Shown here: positions 38,625-49,208 of the stretch, in pieces
How the letters are laid out: each line of letters begins with the position of its first letter
Numbering within the stretch: the stretch's first letter is position 1
DNA from: an uncultured Gemmatimonadales bacterium
GTDB taxonomy: Bacteria > Gemmatimonadota > Gemmatimonadetes > Longimicrobiales > Gaopeijiaceae
Direction: 5' to 3'
Assembly (NCBI GenBank): GCA_963809895.1
Contig: CAWELD010000003.1
Coordinates: 3,008,001-3,072,000, forward strand
Length of the DNA: 64,000 nucleotides
Position numbers and translations under genes: made by a program
Notes under the pieces: generated by a model
Seen by the model: the letters and a program-made list of their open reading frames with translations, nothing else
Told to the model about the DNA's origin: nothing
Databases searched by the model: none

Positions 38625-39140
38625 ATGTCCGATCCGGGTTATTCCACCATTCTCGAAGAGGCCCTGGAGGGCTGGGAAGGCGTCCGGCGCGGTGTCATCG
38701 CCGAGGTGGAGAACCTGCCGGCGGACCGCTTCGACTGGCGCTGGGCCGAAGGCTCGCGCTCCGTGGCGGAGCTCGTCGAGCACATCCTGGAGTCGGGGCT
38801 CCTCATGAAGGAGCTGCTCCGCGCGGACGGAGACTTCACGCGCGCGCCCCATCCGGAGCTCATCGCCGAACACGCCGGCGACCTGCCCCGGGGCGGCAAC
38901 AAGGAGCGGTTGGTGCGCCTCCTCGAGGACACGCACGCCGAGCTGGACGCCGCCTTCCGCGAGGCCGGCGAGCTACACATGCTCCAGCACGTCAACCGCT
39001 TCGACGGCAAGCCCGGCACCCGCCTGGCCTGGTTCGAGCACGGCGTGGCCCACGAGTACTACCACGGCGGGCAGTTGGCCATGATCGGCCGGCTCCTGGG
39101 CGAGGTCCCGGCGCTCACCAAGCGCATCCTGGGGGTGTGA
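38625..39140 (+). CDS. DinB family protein
   Basis: RSVAELVEHI, HEYYHGGQL His motif. AGGAG RBS before the ATG at 38625. Confidence 0.88.
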   Translation: MSDPGYSTILEEALEGWEGVRRGVIAEVENLPADRFDWRWAEGSRSVAELVEHILESGLLMKELLRADGDFTRAPHPELIAEHAGDLPRGGNKERLVRLLEDTHAELDAAFREAGELHMLQHVNRFDGKPGTRLAWFEHGVAHEYYHGGQLAMIGRLLGEVPALTKRILGV

Positions 39141-39142
39141 CG

Positions 39143-40114
39143 ATGCGTCGGGTCCCCCTGGGCACCACCGGCATCCAGGTATCCGAGCTCTGCTTCGGCA
39201 CCATGACCTTCGGCCGCGAGTCCGACGAAGCGACCAGCGCCGAGGTATACGCCCGCTGCCGCGAGGCCGGCATCGACTTCTTCGACTGCGCCAACGTGTA
39301 CGCCGGTGGCGACTCGGAGCGCATCCTGGGCAAGCTCCTGGCACACGAGCGCGACCAGGTGGTCCTGACGTCCAAGGTGTATTTCACCATGGGCGAGGGA
39401 CCCCGGGCCCGGGGCTACTCACGGGCCGCCATCATGCATCAGGTGGAGGGGAGCCTGAAGCGCCTGGGCACCGACTACCTGGACCTCTACTTCCTTCATC
39501 GCTTCGACGAGAACACCCCCGTCGAGGACGCGCTGCGCGCCCTGGACGACCTGGTGCGCGACGGCAAGGTCCGCTATCCGGCGGTGAGCAACTTCGCGGC
39601 GTGGCAGATCGCCCGCGCGCTGGGCACGTCGGCGCGGCTGGGGCTGGCCGCGTTCCGCTGCGTGCAGCCCATGTACAACCTGCTCAAGCGCCAGGCCGAG
39701 GTGGAGATCCTGCCGCTGGCGCAGGAAGAAGGTCTCGCGGTGACACCCTACAGCCCCATGGCCGGCGGCGTGCTCACCGGCAAGTACGGAGACAAGGACC
39801 TCTCGGTGGACGGGCGGCTGCACACCAGCGAGATGTACCAGAAGCGCTATGGTGAAGACGCCAACTTCCAGGTGGCACGCTCCTTCGCCGCGCTGGCCCG
39901 GGAGCACGGCTGGCACCCGGCGGCACTGGCCGTGGCCTGGGTGGCCAAGCACCCGGCGGTCACCGCGCCCATCATCGGGGCACGCAATCTCGACCAGCTC
40001 GAATCGACGCTCACCGCGCTGGACATCGACCTCGACGACGACACCTACGCCCAGGTGTCGGCGTTGACCCCGACGCCACCCCCCGCGACGGACCGGTCGG
40101 AAGAGCGCATGTAG
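39143..40114 (+). CDS. Aldo/keto reductase
   Basis: LG.TG..VSELCFGTMTFG, FFDCANVY, SLKRLGTDYLDLY, GKVRY..VSN, PYSPMAGG.L.GKY, IIGAR. Confidence 0.95.
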   Translation: MRRVPLGTTGIQVSELCFGTMTFGRESDEATSAEVYARCREAGIDFFDCANVYAGGDSERILGKLLAHERDQVVLTSKVYFTMGEGPRARGYSRAAIMHQVEGSLKRLGTDYLDLYFLHRFDENTPVEDALRALDDLVRDGKVRYPAVSNFAAWQIARALGTSARLGLAAFRCVQPMYNLLKRQAEVEILPLAQEEGLAVTPYSPMAGGVLTGKYGDKDLSVDGRLHTSEMYQKRYGEDANFQVARSFAALAREHGWHPAALAVAWVAKHPAVTAPIIGARNLDQLESTLTALDIDLDDDTYAQVSALTPTPPPATDRSEERM

Positions 40115-40125
40115 GGGGTGGGGCC

Positions 40126-40938
40126 TTGAAGACGCTGGGTTGGGTACGCATAGCCGTCCTGGTAGTCGTTTATCTCACGGTGGCGCTGCTGGCGTCGGCG
40201 GCCATCCGCAGGCGAGGCTCGGACCTCCGGGACATGGAGGCACGGAGCTCCTCCTTTCCCCTGATCGTCGGTGCGGCCGGCAACGTGCTCGTTCTCGCGG
40301 CAACGCTGGCGTTTCTCGCGCTGGTGGACGGGCGCCCCCTCTCGTCGCTCGGGCTGGGCTTCGGGCATCGCGACCTCCTCTTCAGCATGGCGGCCGCGGT
40401 ACTTACGCCGGCGAGCGCGGGCCTGTTCCTCATGGTGCTGCGACGCCTCCGCCTGGTGCAGGTCCAGCCTCGCGCCCTGTCGCGCCACCACGCCCGGGGA
40501 CTCCTCGCCGTCGCCGGTGTCCTGCTCGCGGTGGCGCTGCAAGAAGAGGTGCTCTACCGGGGCTACGTCACCCTCAACCTGCTGACGTACGGCGCCCCAA
40601 CCGTGATCGTGGCCAGCACGCTGATCTTCACCTTGATCCACTTCCCCACCAATCGCGTCACTCGCCCACAGGTCGTGAGTTGGCTGCTCGGCGGCCTCGT
40701 GTTGGGGTGGAGCTATCTCGCCAGCGGCTCGATCTGGGTGCCGGTCATCCTCCACTTCGGCATCGACATGACCAACGTGGTCGCTCTGGGGGTGGTGGGA
40801 GATCTGGCCCTGGTCGACCTGTCCCGACCGATCTCGGCCCGGGACCGCGCGATGTACCGGCTGGGCTACGCCGCACTGATCGGGAGTGCGCTCTTCGTGG
40901 TCTACGGCAACCACCTGGCAGGACGCTTCTCGCCATGA
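40126..40938 (+). CDS. CPBP family intramembrane metalloprotease
   Basis: QEEVLYRGY, FTLIH, GSIW..VILH...D motifs, multi-TM. TTG start. Confidence 0.85.
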   Translation: MKTLGWVRIAVLVVVYLTVALLASAAIRRRGSDLRDMEARSSSFPLIVGAAGNVLVLAATLAFLALVDGRPLSSLGLGFGHRDLLFSMAAAVLTPASAGLFLMVLRRLRLVQVQPRALSRHHARGLLAVAGVLLAVALQEEVLYRGYVTLNLLTYGAPTVIVASTLIFTLIHFPTNRVTRPQVVSWLLGGLVLGWSYLASGSIWVPVILHFGIDMTNVVALGVVGDLALVDLSRPISARDRAMYRLGYAALIGSALFVVYGNHLAGRFSP

Positions 40939-41285
40939 CGACCCTCCAGCGCATCAACCTCGGCCTCCGGGCCCTCATGGAGACCGGTATCGTGTGCGCC
41001 CTGGGGTACTGGGGATACCAGAGCGCCGGCGCACCCTGGAGTCGCATCCTGCTGGCCGTGGCCGCGCCCGTGTTGGGATTCGGCTTCTGGGGCGCCGTGG
41101 ATTTCCGACAGGCTGGACGTTGGGCGGAGCCTCTTCGCCTCGCCCAGGAGCTCGTCGTTTCCGGGCTCGCGGCGGTGGCGTTCTACGCCAGCGGCCAGCA
41201 CCTCCTGGCATGGGTGCTGGCCGCGGTCTCGGTGGTGCATCACGTCCTGATCTACGTCTCGGGGGGGCGGCTGCTGAAGCCGTGA
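40935..41285 (+). CDS. YrdB/DUF2568 family membrane protein
   Basis: NLGLR.LME......GYWG pattern, 4 TM segments, ATGA overlap with the previous gene. Confidence 0.75.
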   Translation: MTTLQRINLGLRALMETGIVCALGYWGYQSAGAPWSRILLAVAAPVLGFGFWGAVDFRQAGRWAEPLRLAQELVVSGLAAVAFYASGQHLLAWVLAAVSVVHHVLIYVSGGRLLKP

Positions 41286-41339
41286 TGGAGGGAGGAGCAA
41301 CATGGAAGGGCGCCCCCCGGCGCCCCGCCCAACCCCATG

Positions 41340-44200
41340 CTACCCCTCCGCTCCCGCCTCCACGGCGCCGACATCGGGGGATTCGTCACGGGCGAATCCG
41401 CGCTGGTCGGTATCCAAGCCCGCGTCCACACCGGCATCGATGGCCGCACTCCCTTCGAGCAGCGCGTGCGTCGGCGTGGGGCCGCCGTTGTCCTTGAGCT
41501 CGGGATCGACACCGGCCTCGGTGTCGTTCTGATCGCTCTCTTCGGTGAGCGCCTCGCAGGTGGCGTCGTCGGACAGATTGCCGCCGCCGGAAGCGATGGT
41601 GCCGCCGTCGGTCTCGTCGATGGCGCAGTTCTCGGCGGCCGCCGGGCCCGTGTTGGAGGCGAGCAGCGTATTGACGAGCGTGATGGTGCGGTCGGGCGTG
41701 ATCTGCCGCAGGTGGATGCCACCTCCGGCGTCGCTCGCCTGGTTGCCGACGATGGTCACGTGCGTGAGCTCGGCGCTTCCATACGAACCCAGTGCACCCC
41801 CCAGAGCGCCCGAGTTGCCCGACAGCGTCGAGTTGCTCATGCGGAGGGGTTCACCCGTCGTCTCCACGAAGAAGATGGCGCCACCCCGCATGCCGGCGGT
41901 GTTCGCCGCCATGGTGGACGCCGTGATGGTGGTGGTCCCGCCCGCCGAGAGCGCGCCGCCGTTGGTCCCGGTCTGGTTGCCCATGACCAGGGTGCCGTCC
42001 AGGGTGGTGGTGCCCCGGACCCAGAGTCCTCCGCCGGCGACGCCGGCCATGTTGTCGAGAATCCGGCTTTCGGATACGTCGAGCATCACGGTGCCGTTGG
42101 CGAACACGCCGCCACCGGAGCCGTTGGGCGCGCTGTTGTTCGATACCGTCGTGTTGGTGAGCGCCAGGGCGCCCGCTCCGTCGGCGAAGAGCCCGCCGCC
42201 GGAGTAGTCCGTGCCCTGATTGCCGTCCACGGTGGAGTTGGTGAGCGACACCCGGCTCGCCGCGGTGCCGTTGAAGTAGCCGGCCCCGGCCGCGGGCGCG
42301 ACGTTGTCGCGAATCTCCACGCCGGTGCCCTCGAGCACGGCGTCGTTGCCGATCCAGAAGCCTCCGCCCGCCGCGTCGGCCGTCACCAGATTGGCAGCGA
42401 TGACCGTGCCGTCCAGTTGCAGATTGGCGCTGTTCTGGAGCCAGATCCCCGCCCCGCCCAGCGTCCCCGCCGTATTCTCGCGGATGGAGCCGCCGGTGAC
42501 CGTGGCCGTCGCGGCTCCGTAGAAGAACAGGCCGCCGCCGCGCTCACCCGCGTCGTTGCCGCTCACCTCCGTGTCCTCGAAGGACAGGGCCACGTCTCCC
42601 GCCAGCACCCCCCCGCCCTGGAAGGCGCTGTTCCCGGTGAGTGCGGAGCCGGTCACCATGAGCGTGACGTCGTTGCTCAGCCTCAGGGCGCCGCCCCCGG
42701 TGGACCCCGCCGTCAGATTGTCGGCGAAGGTGGAGCCCGAGATGGTGACCTGGACATGGTCCCGGAAGAGGGCTCCACCCCCACCCAGGCTCCCGTTGGA
42801 GGTGTTGTTCGAGAGCGTGACGTCGGTGAGCGTGACGCCACCACCCGTACCGCCGGGATTTTCGACGAAGAGTGCGCCGCCTCCAGCGCCTCCGGCCAGT
42901 ACCTGATTCCCGCTGACCTCGGTGCCGTTCAGCTCGATCATTCCGATGTCGATGCCGCGGATCGCCCCACCCCAGGCTCCGGTCGTGTTGCCGCGGATCG
43001 CTCCGCCCGTCATCTGCAGCGAGCCTCCTCCTACCACGCTGATCCCCCCGCCCGGCCAGCCGTTGTCCACCGACTGGTTGTCCTCGACCCAGGTGTCCTC
43101 GAAGATCGCCGACGAACCCTCGCCCACGATGACCACCGCACCCCCCTCACCGCCGATGGACGCGTTGTCCAGGAGCGCCACGTCCTGCGTGTGGACTTCG
43201 GCGCCGTCGCGCACGAAGATCGCCGGGCCTCCCTGTGCCACCGCGTTGCGCACGGTCATTCCGCTCAGGGTCACCACCGTGCTCCCCTCCGAGCCCGAGA
43301 CGTCGAACGCCCGCCTGAGATCCCCGCCGACGCACCCATGTCGAGCTCGGTGACCTCCGACCCCTCACCGATGATGGCCACGCTCGACGTGATGGTCGGG
43401 AGCGAGCTCTCGGGCTGGATGACCGCGGCGGGTCCGGCGACGCGCGCGGCCCCACCCGGCGCGGCGGCCACGGCCCCGGCACCGAGGTAGAGCGTGTCCG
43501 CATCCGGATCGGCGTTGGCGGCGGCGATCGCCTCGCGGATCGAGCAGTGGTCCCACGTACACGCGCCGTCGTCCGAATCGTCGTTGGTGGTCACGAGCGA
43601 CGCCGACCGCACGGCGACCGCGACGGTGGCCGACGCGGTCTGGTCCAGCGTGCTGGTGGCGGTCACGTCGCAGGTGCCGGCCTCGAGCGGCGCCTGGTAG
43701 TCGGCCTCGGATCCATCGGAGGTCAGGTCGCCGCAGGAGGCGCTCCAGGAAACCTCGCTGGACACGGTCGTGCCGCTCACCGATGCGGTGAAGCGGGTCG
43801 GCTCACTACGGAGCAGCGTGGCCGAGGTCGGCGACAGCGTGACCTGCACCGGCGTGACGGTGATGGTGGCCGACCCGCTCTTGGTGGGATCCGCCGTGCT
43901 GGTGGCCGTGACCGTGTAGGATCCCCCCTCGGCCGGCGCCGTCCAGGTCACCGAGCTCCCGGAGCCGGACACGCTTCCGCCCGAAGCCTGCCAGGTGACG
44001 CCCGTGTCGGAGCTGTTGGAGACGCTGGCCGTGAGGGTCTGGCTCTCGGCGGCGCCGACCGTGGCGCTGGCGGGTGAGACGCTGACGCTCACCGGCGGTT
44101 CGGGCTCGGTCCCGCTGTCGCTGCCGCACGCGGTGAGAACCGAGACGGTCAGGAGCGCGCACAGGACCCACCCGTAGCGGGCGGCTGGCGACTGGAACAT
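41340..44200 (-). CDS. Surface lipoprotein with Ig-like domains, CSLREA motif, right-handed beta-helix and choice-of-anchor-Q-like C-terminus (frameshift at 43322-43325)
   Basis: LTAC lipobox, two Ig-like VSVSP repeats, DG.C..DHCSIREAI, Pmp-like GGA/N.A repeats, C-terminal L.DNGGPT.THAL..GS.AIDAG..DQRG..R..PDVGA.E. Adding one G to a G4 run fuses ORFs 43271-44200 and 41340-43277. Confidence 0.85.
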
Positions 44201-44271
44201 GAAAACTCCGGGTGGGAGGGGAATGGCGTCATGAGAACACGCGCAATTCCGTCCCCCGAGGGATCATCCCC

Positions 44272-44841
44272 TCAGTCGCGTCGTACGTCCAGGCGCCGGT
44301 AGAGCCAGGCTCGGGCCATGCGCCAGTCGCGCTTCACCGTAGGGGTGGAAACGTCCAGAACCTCGGCCGTCTCCTCCACGCTGAGTCCCCCGAAGAAGCG
44401 CAGCTCGACGATGCGGGCGGCACGCTCGTCCACGTCGGCGAGCTCGTCGAGGGCCTCGTCGAGGGCGACGAAGTCCAGGGGATCCCGGAAGGTCCTGGTG
44501 CTGTCTTCCAGGAGCGTCACCGCGCGTCCGGAGCCACGGCGAGCAGCCGCGCGGCGGCGGTGATGGTCCACCAGGATCCGGCGCATGGCCTGGGCCGCGA
44601 TGCCGAAGAAGTGCGCCCGCCCCTTCCATTCCACCCGGCTCTGGTCGGCGAGCTTGATCCAGGCTTCGTTCACCAGGGCCGTGGGCTGCAGCGTGTGACC
44701 ACCACGCTCCCGGCGCATGTAGCCCTCGGCGAGGCCGTGCAGCTCGCCGTAGATGAGGGGAGCCAGGCGCTCACGCGCCTCACGGTCGCCGTGGTTGATG
44801 GCTTCGAGGATGAGCGTGACTTCGCGGGAGGCGGCAGGCAT
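44272..44841 (-). CDS. ECF sigma factor, kinase-associated type (TIGR02999-like)
   Basis: EVT.IL.A...GD, HTLQPTALVNEAW, RAHFF..AA.AMRRILVD, VELRFFGGLS.EE.AEVL.VS..TVKRDW. Confidence 0.93.
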   Translation of the reverse strand: MPAASREVTLILEAINHGDREARERLAPLIYGELHGLAEGYMRRERGGHTLQPTALVNEAWIKLADQSRVEWKGRAHFFGIAAQAMRRILVDHHRRRAAARRGSGRAVTLLEDSTRTFRDPLDFVALDEALDELADVDERAARIVELRFFGGLSVEETAEVLDVSTPTVKRDWRMARAWLYRRLDVRRD

Positions 44842-44853
44842 GGCGAGCGATCC

Positions 44854-47589
44854 TCAATCCGTCGAGCAGGCGCCGACAGGCATCATGGACTCGAAATCGG
44901 ACCAGATGGTCTCCTCGCCGGGGAACACCTGTCCGTGCTCGCGGAGCCATCCCCACTGCTCCGTGCCCAGTGCCTCCGCCTCGTTCGCCGGGCCGCACAC
45001 CGACTGGTCACCGGTGGCCTCGGCCCGCAGTCGGTAGCTGAGGGCGTGACTGAAGTAGCTGAGCGCCAGAACCTTGCGGGTGAAGGCGTTGGTGGTGTCC
45101 GCGCGAAAGAGGGATTCCGCCATGTCGAGGGACTCGTCGTACTCACGCTCCGCCTCGTCGTAGCGTCCGAGCCGGGTGAGGGATTCGCCCAGCTCGCGGT
45201 GGGTCTGCACGAGGTAGAAGTACGCCACCGGCAACCCGGCGCGGAGCGGCTCGAGCAACGCCACCGCTTCCCGGTGATCGGCGATGGCGGCACTCCAGTG
45301 CTCTCCTCGGATGCGGGCCTGGCCGCGACCCTCCAGATAGCTGGCATGCGACGTGACGGCGGCGCGGTTCCTGGGATCCTCGCGACGGATCGCGGCACTG
45401 ATCGCCAGCGCGCCGGTGAACGCAGCCTCCGCCTCGTCGGGCCGGTCGGCATCGTTGAAGCGCCAGCCGAGCTGCGCCAACGTCTCGGCGTGGATGCCCC
45501 GGGTCCGTTGCGTGGCCTCCGGCAGCGCGGCCAGGGAGTCGGCCAGTCGCACCGCCCGCTGCTGGATCTCGATGGCTTCGTCGAAGTGGGCGGCCTTGTC
45601 GCGCAGATACGATTGATGCTGGAGCGAGAGCACTTCGCTCTGAAGGGCGTTCAGGCGCCCCGCTCCCTCGGGAGTGAGCGCCACCATCCCCGCCGTCGCT
45701 TCCGTGAGCTCGGCCACGTCCCTCGCCGCCTGCCCGAAATCGCCGTCGGCGTCCGCCTGCCAGGAGAGGCGCTCGTAGACCATGGCCCGTCGTTGCAGCA
45801 GCGACAGGCTCGGCTCGAGCTCCGCCGACAGCGAATCCACGGTACCGCGCGCGGTGCGGAGCAGCTCGGAGCTTCTGGAGCGGTCGGCGGCATTACGGAA
45901 GATGTCCGCCAGCAGGACACGGACACCCACGGTGGCCATGCGAGCTTCGGAGGGATCGGGAGCCTGGGCCACCACCGTGGTCCAGAGATCCAGCGACCGC
46001 TGCAGGCTCGCCTTGGCGGCCTCCACGTCGCCGATGTTGGGCGACAGCGGATGGCCCTGCAGGGTACCCACCTCCTGGTACGCTCTCGCCAGGGCGCTGA
46101 GGAGCTCCGGCGTGGGATGCCCCGGCACGCGCTCCGTGAGGTCCTGCAATGACGCTACGGCCGCCTCCACCGCGGCCACACGACGTGCCGTGGGCCCCTG
46201 GTCCTGGCCGGAGGCGTCGGTGTTCAGCGTCGTGAGCACGGAGCTCACCAGTCCGGTGAGCTCGGCGCTGCTGGCTTCGGCCGCTCGCCGCTGGATGCGG
46301 GCCTCGCGGGCCTGCCATCCCAGTGCCGAGGCCACGGCGAGTCCCACGGCCACGATCACCGAGGCTACGCGGTGGCGCGCGACGAAGCGAACGGTCCGCT
46401 GCGCCGGGCCCGGACTTCTCGCCTGGACCGGACGTCCCTCGAGGAAGCGACCCACATCCGCCTCGAACTCGTGCACGCTCTGATAGCGGTGGGCCGGGTC
46501 CTTCGCGAGAGCCTGGAGAACGATGGCATCCAGATCGCCGCGCAGGGCTCGGCTCAGCCGTCCCGGCGTGGTGCATCGCTGACTCGCCGTGAGCGTCGGG
46601 CTCGTCGGGCCGGTGTCGGCCTCGGTTTCCGTGGATGATTCCGTGGTCACCGCCGCACTGGGCCGAGTCGGCGGTTGCTCGCAGATCACGCGCTCGGCGG
46701 CCCGGGGCTCCGTGGGATCGAGGGCGTAGGGCGCCCTGCCCGTGAGAAGTCGGTAGAGGACGACGCCGAGAGAGTAGATGTCGGAGCGCGCATCCACGGC
46801 CGCACCCTTCGCCTGCTCTGGACTGGCGTACTCCGGAGTCATCATGCGCATGGACAGATGGGTCAGGCCGCCGCCGTCCCCCCCTCCGAGGAGCTTGGCG
46901 ATCCCGAAGTCCACGAGCTTGGGCACACCCTTCGAGGTGACCAGGATGTTGGAGGGCTTGAAGTCCCGGTGGATCACACCATGCGCGTGTGCGTACCGGA
47001 CGCCATCCAGGACCGACTGGAACAGCTCGAGACGCGCCCGCAGATCCAGGAATCGCTGGTCCGCGAAGACGTCGATCCTGGGACCGTCCACCAGCTCCAT
47101 GACCAGGTAGGCCAGGCCCTCCGGCGTCTCGCCGGCATCCAGCAGCCGCGCGATGTGCGGATGGTCCAACTCCGCCAGGATGCGGATCTCGGCGCGGAAG
47201 CGCTCACGAAGCTGACCCTGGACCAGGGCCGCCGGCACGACCTTGAGCGCCACCCGGCTGTCGTAGCGTCCATCCGCTCGCGCGGCCAGGAGAACGACGC
47301 CGGTGCCGCCCCGGCCCAACTCCCCGATCACCTCGTAGGCGCCGAAGCGCCTCCCGACCCATCCGCCCCCAGCCACCGGATCCGGATTCAACCCGCCGGA
47401 TGCGCCCTCTTCCAGGAAGGGGCCAGCCGCCTCGTCGGCCGCCAGCAGATCCTCGACGCGCCGGCGCAGATCCGGCGCACCTTCGGTCTCACGATCGAGG
47501 AACGCGCGCCTGGCGTCCGGATCCAGCTCGACCGCTCGTCCGAAAAGCTGCTTGACCTGCGGCCAGGGATCGGGATCGGAGGGGTGCAT
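44854..47589 (-). CDS. Ser/Thr protein kinase with TM and TPR-like C-terminus, ECF-associated
   Basis: W..VK.LF..A N-terminal motif, GRGGTG, HRDFKPSN, DFG, MTPEYASPE, LRGDLDAIV. Start MHPSD at 47589. Confidence 0.92.
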   Translation of the reverse strand: MHPSDPDPWPQVKQLFGRAVELDPDARRAFLDRETEGAPDLRRRVEDLLAADEAAGPFLEEGASGGLNPDPVAGGGWVGRRFGAYEVIGELGRGGTGVVLLAARADGRYDSRVALKVVPAALVQGQLRERFRAEIRILAELDHPHIARLLDAGETPEGLAYLVMELVDGPRIDVFADQRFLDLRARLELFQSVLDGVRYAHAHGVIHRDFKPSNILVTSKGVPKLVDFGIAKLLGGGDGGGLTHLSMRMMTPEYASPEQAKGAAVDARSDIYSLGVVLYRLLTGRAPYALDPTEPRAAERVICEQPPTRPSAAVTTESSTETEADTGPTSPTLTASQRCTTPGRLSRALRGDLDAIVLQALAKDPAHRYQSVHEFEADVGRFLEGRPVQARSPGPAQRTVRFVARHRVASVIVAVGLAVASALGWQAREARIQRRAAEASSAELTGLVSSVLTTLNTDASGQDQGPTARRVAAVEAAVASLQDLTERVPGHPTPELLSALARAYQEVGTLQGHPLSPNIGDVEAAKASLQRSLDLWTTVVAQAPDPSEARMATVGVRVLLADIFRNAADRSRSSELLRTARGTVDSLSAELEPSLSLLQRRAMVYERLSWQADADGDFGQAARDVAELTEATAGMVALTPEGAGRLNALQSEVLSLQHQSYLRDKAAHFDEAIEIQQRAVRLADSLAALPEATQRTRGIHAETLAQLGWRFNDADRPDEAEAAFTGALAISAAIRREDPRNRAAVTSHASYLEGRGQARIRGEHWSAAIADHREAVALLEPLRAGLPVAYFYLVQTHRELGESLTRLGRYDEAEREYDESLDMAESLFRADTTNAFTRKVLALSYFSHALSYRLRAEATGDQSVCGPANEAEALGTEQWGWLREHGQVFPGEETIWSDFESMMPVGACSTD

Positions 47590-47898
47590 GGAGGGGGCGG
47601 GGGGCGACGGAGGGGTTGGTTCGTCCAGTGTAGGCGCGGGATTCCCGCCGGGCCAGGGCGATGGTACCGCTACGCCGCCGCAACGGGGCAAGACGCGTGC
47701 CCCCCAGGGGAACGTCTGACGCGGGACCAGATCGCGCCGCACGTGCCGAATCGCGCGCGTACGTGGCAGACGAGCCGCGAACCGATGGACGTGCGCGACA
47801 ATGGACCGGGGGGATCAGGCGACCTTCCGGGCCCGTAGCGCCATGGTGGTGCCCGGCCGCGCGCATGAGGCTGAAAGGGATCCCACTCCGCATGCACC

Positions 47899-48846
47899 AT
47901 GAACCTCGGCACCACCGCAGTGGCTGATACCGATGCCATCATTCGAAGGTGCGCTCAGCCGCAACAGGGGCTGGTGACCAGGTGCCAACTCCTTCGTGCC
48001 GGGGTCCCGGCACACGCCATCGCGTATCGCCTCAAGCGCGGACGTCTGCGTGCCATCCACCGGGGTGTATACCAGGTCGGCCCCGTCGCGGGTCGGTACC
48101 AACGGGAGATGGCCGCGGTGCTCTCCTGTGGCGAGGGCACCGTGCTGAGCCATGCGACCGCAGCAGGCCTGTGGGACCTGCGGCGACCACCTCCCCGCGG
48201 CGCAGCCGTGCACGTGATCGCCCCCCGTACGCGCCGGGGCGATCGAGAGGGCGTCCGAATCCACCGGGTCCGCAGTCTGGATGCCGAGGAGATCACGCGC
48301 CATCGTGGTCTTCCCGTCACCACGCCAACCCGCACGCTCCTGGACGTTGCCGCGGTCTGGGAGCCGCACCACCTCGAACGAGCTCTCGCCAGGGCGGAGC
48401 AGCACCGGCTGGTGACGCTCGACGATGTCCGCGCCGTCATCGAGCGTCATCCGACGCGTCGGGGGACACCCAAGCTGAGATCCCTGCTCGAGATGACCGA
48501 TGCACCGGCGTTCACGCGGTCCGAAGCGGAGGCACGACTGTTGGACATGCTGCGTCGGGGGGGATTGCCCGCTCCGAGGGTCAACGCGGTGATCCGGGGC
48601 CTCGAGGTCGACTTCTTGTGGCGCGATTACCGCCTGGTGGTGGAAGTGGACGGTTTCGTCTATCACCGCGGTCGCCCGGCATTCGAGAACGATCGACGTC
48701 GGGACGCCAGGCTAATCGCCTCCGGTTACCGTGTCATACGCTTCACATGGAAACGGCTCGTGAAGACGCCCGAGATGGTGTTGGTCGAGCTGGCCCAGGC
48801 GCTGGCCGTGCACGCCGGGGCGACCGGTCGCGTCGAAGGCAGGTGA
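47899..48846 (+). CDS. AbiEi-antitoxin-like N-terminus + DUF559/Vsr-like endonuclease protein (copy 2)
   Basis: Shares long blocks with copy 1: RGVYQVGPVAGRY, EMAAVL.CG, LERALA, PAFTRSEAEAR, EVDF.WR, LVVEVDG..YH, R.TWK. Confidence 0.9.
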   Translation: MNLGTTAVADTDAIIRRCAQPQQGLVTRCQLLRAGVPAHAIAYRLKRGRLRAIHRGVYQVGPVAGRYQREMAAVLSCGEGTVLSHATAAGLWDLRRPPPRGAAVHVIAPRTRRGDREGVRIHRVRSLDAEEITRHRGLPVTTPTRTLLDVAAVWEPHHLERALARAEQHRLVTLDDVRAVIERHPTRRGTPKLRSLLEMTDAPAFTRSEAEARLLDMLRRGGLPAPRVNAVIRGLEVDFLWRDYRLVVEVDGFVYHRGRPAFENDRRRDARLIASGYRVIRFTWKRLVKTPEMVLVELAQALAVHAGATGRVEGR

Positions 48847-48889
48847 AACGGTACGCGCGCTTCGCGGCCAGGTCGGCGAGTTGCGCGTC

Positions 48890-49074
48890 ATGAGGCACCC
48901 ACGATGTAGCCCACCTGCGCCGGTCCTCATTCGATTTCCCCGAATGAGTGGATAATTGCCCACAATGCACCCCACCTTGCGCCTGGGTACCGCCTGGGCC
49001 GCACAGGGAGCGATAGTTGCCCAATCGGGCGTGAAGAGCCGCCTTGACACCTGGCGTGGGCTACATAGTGGGCA
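48890..49074. repeat. Phased repeat module 3, downstream of DUF559 gene 2
   Basis: Units CACCCACGATGTAGCCCAC (48896), GATAATTGCCCACAATGCACCCCAC (48951) and GATAGTTGCCC (49012) at 61-bp period. Inverted unit GTGGGCTACATAGTGGGCA at 49056-49074. Confidence 0.6.
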
Positions 49075-49208
49075 GGTGCGGGCCGGCGATCATCGTCCGC
49101 TCGCCATCCGTGGTCTCCCGGGCCGTCGTCACTACCCAGGGCGGGGGCCCGCTCATGGCCGAAGCGCCCTCCACCCAGGGCGGCACCAGCCCGGGCTCCC
49201 TCGTCGCC

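Noticed and set aside
47650..47898. Upstream repeat module for DUF559 copy 2
   Set aside because: Only weak partial matches, without the 60-61 bp phasing.
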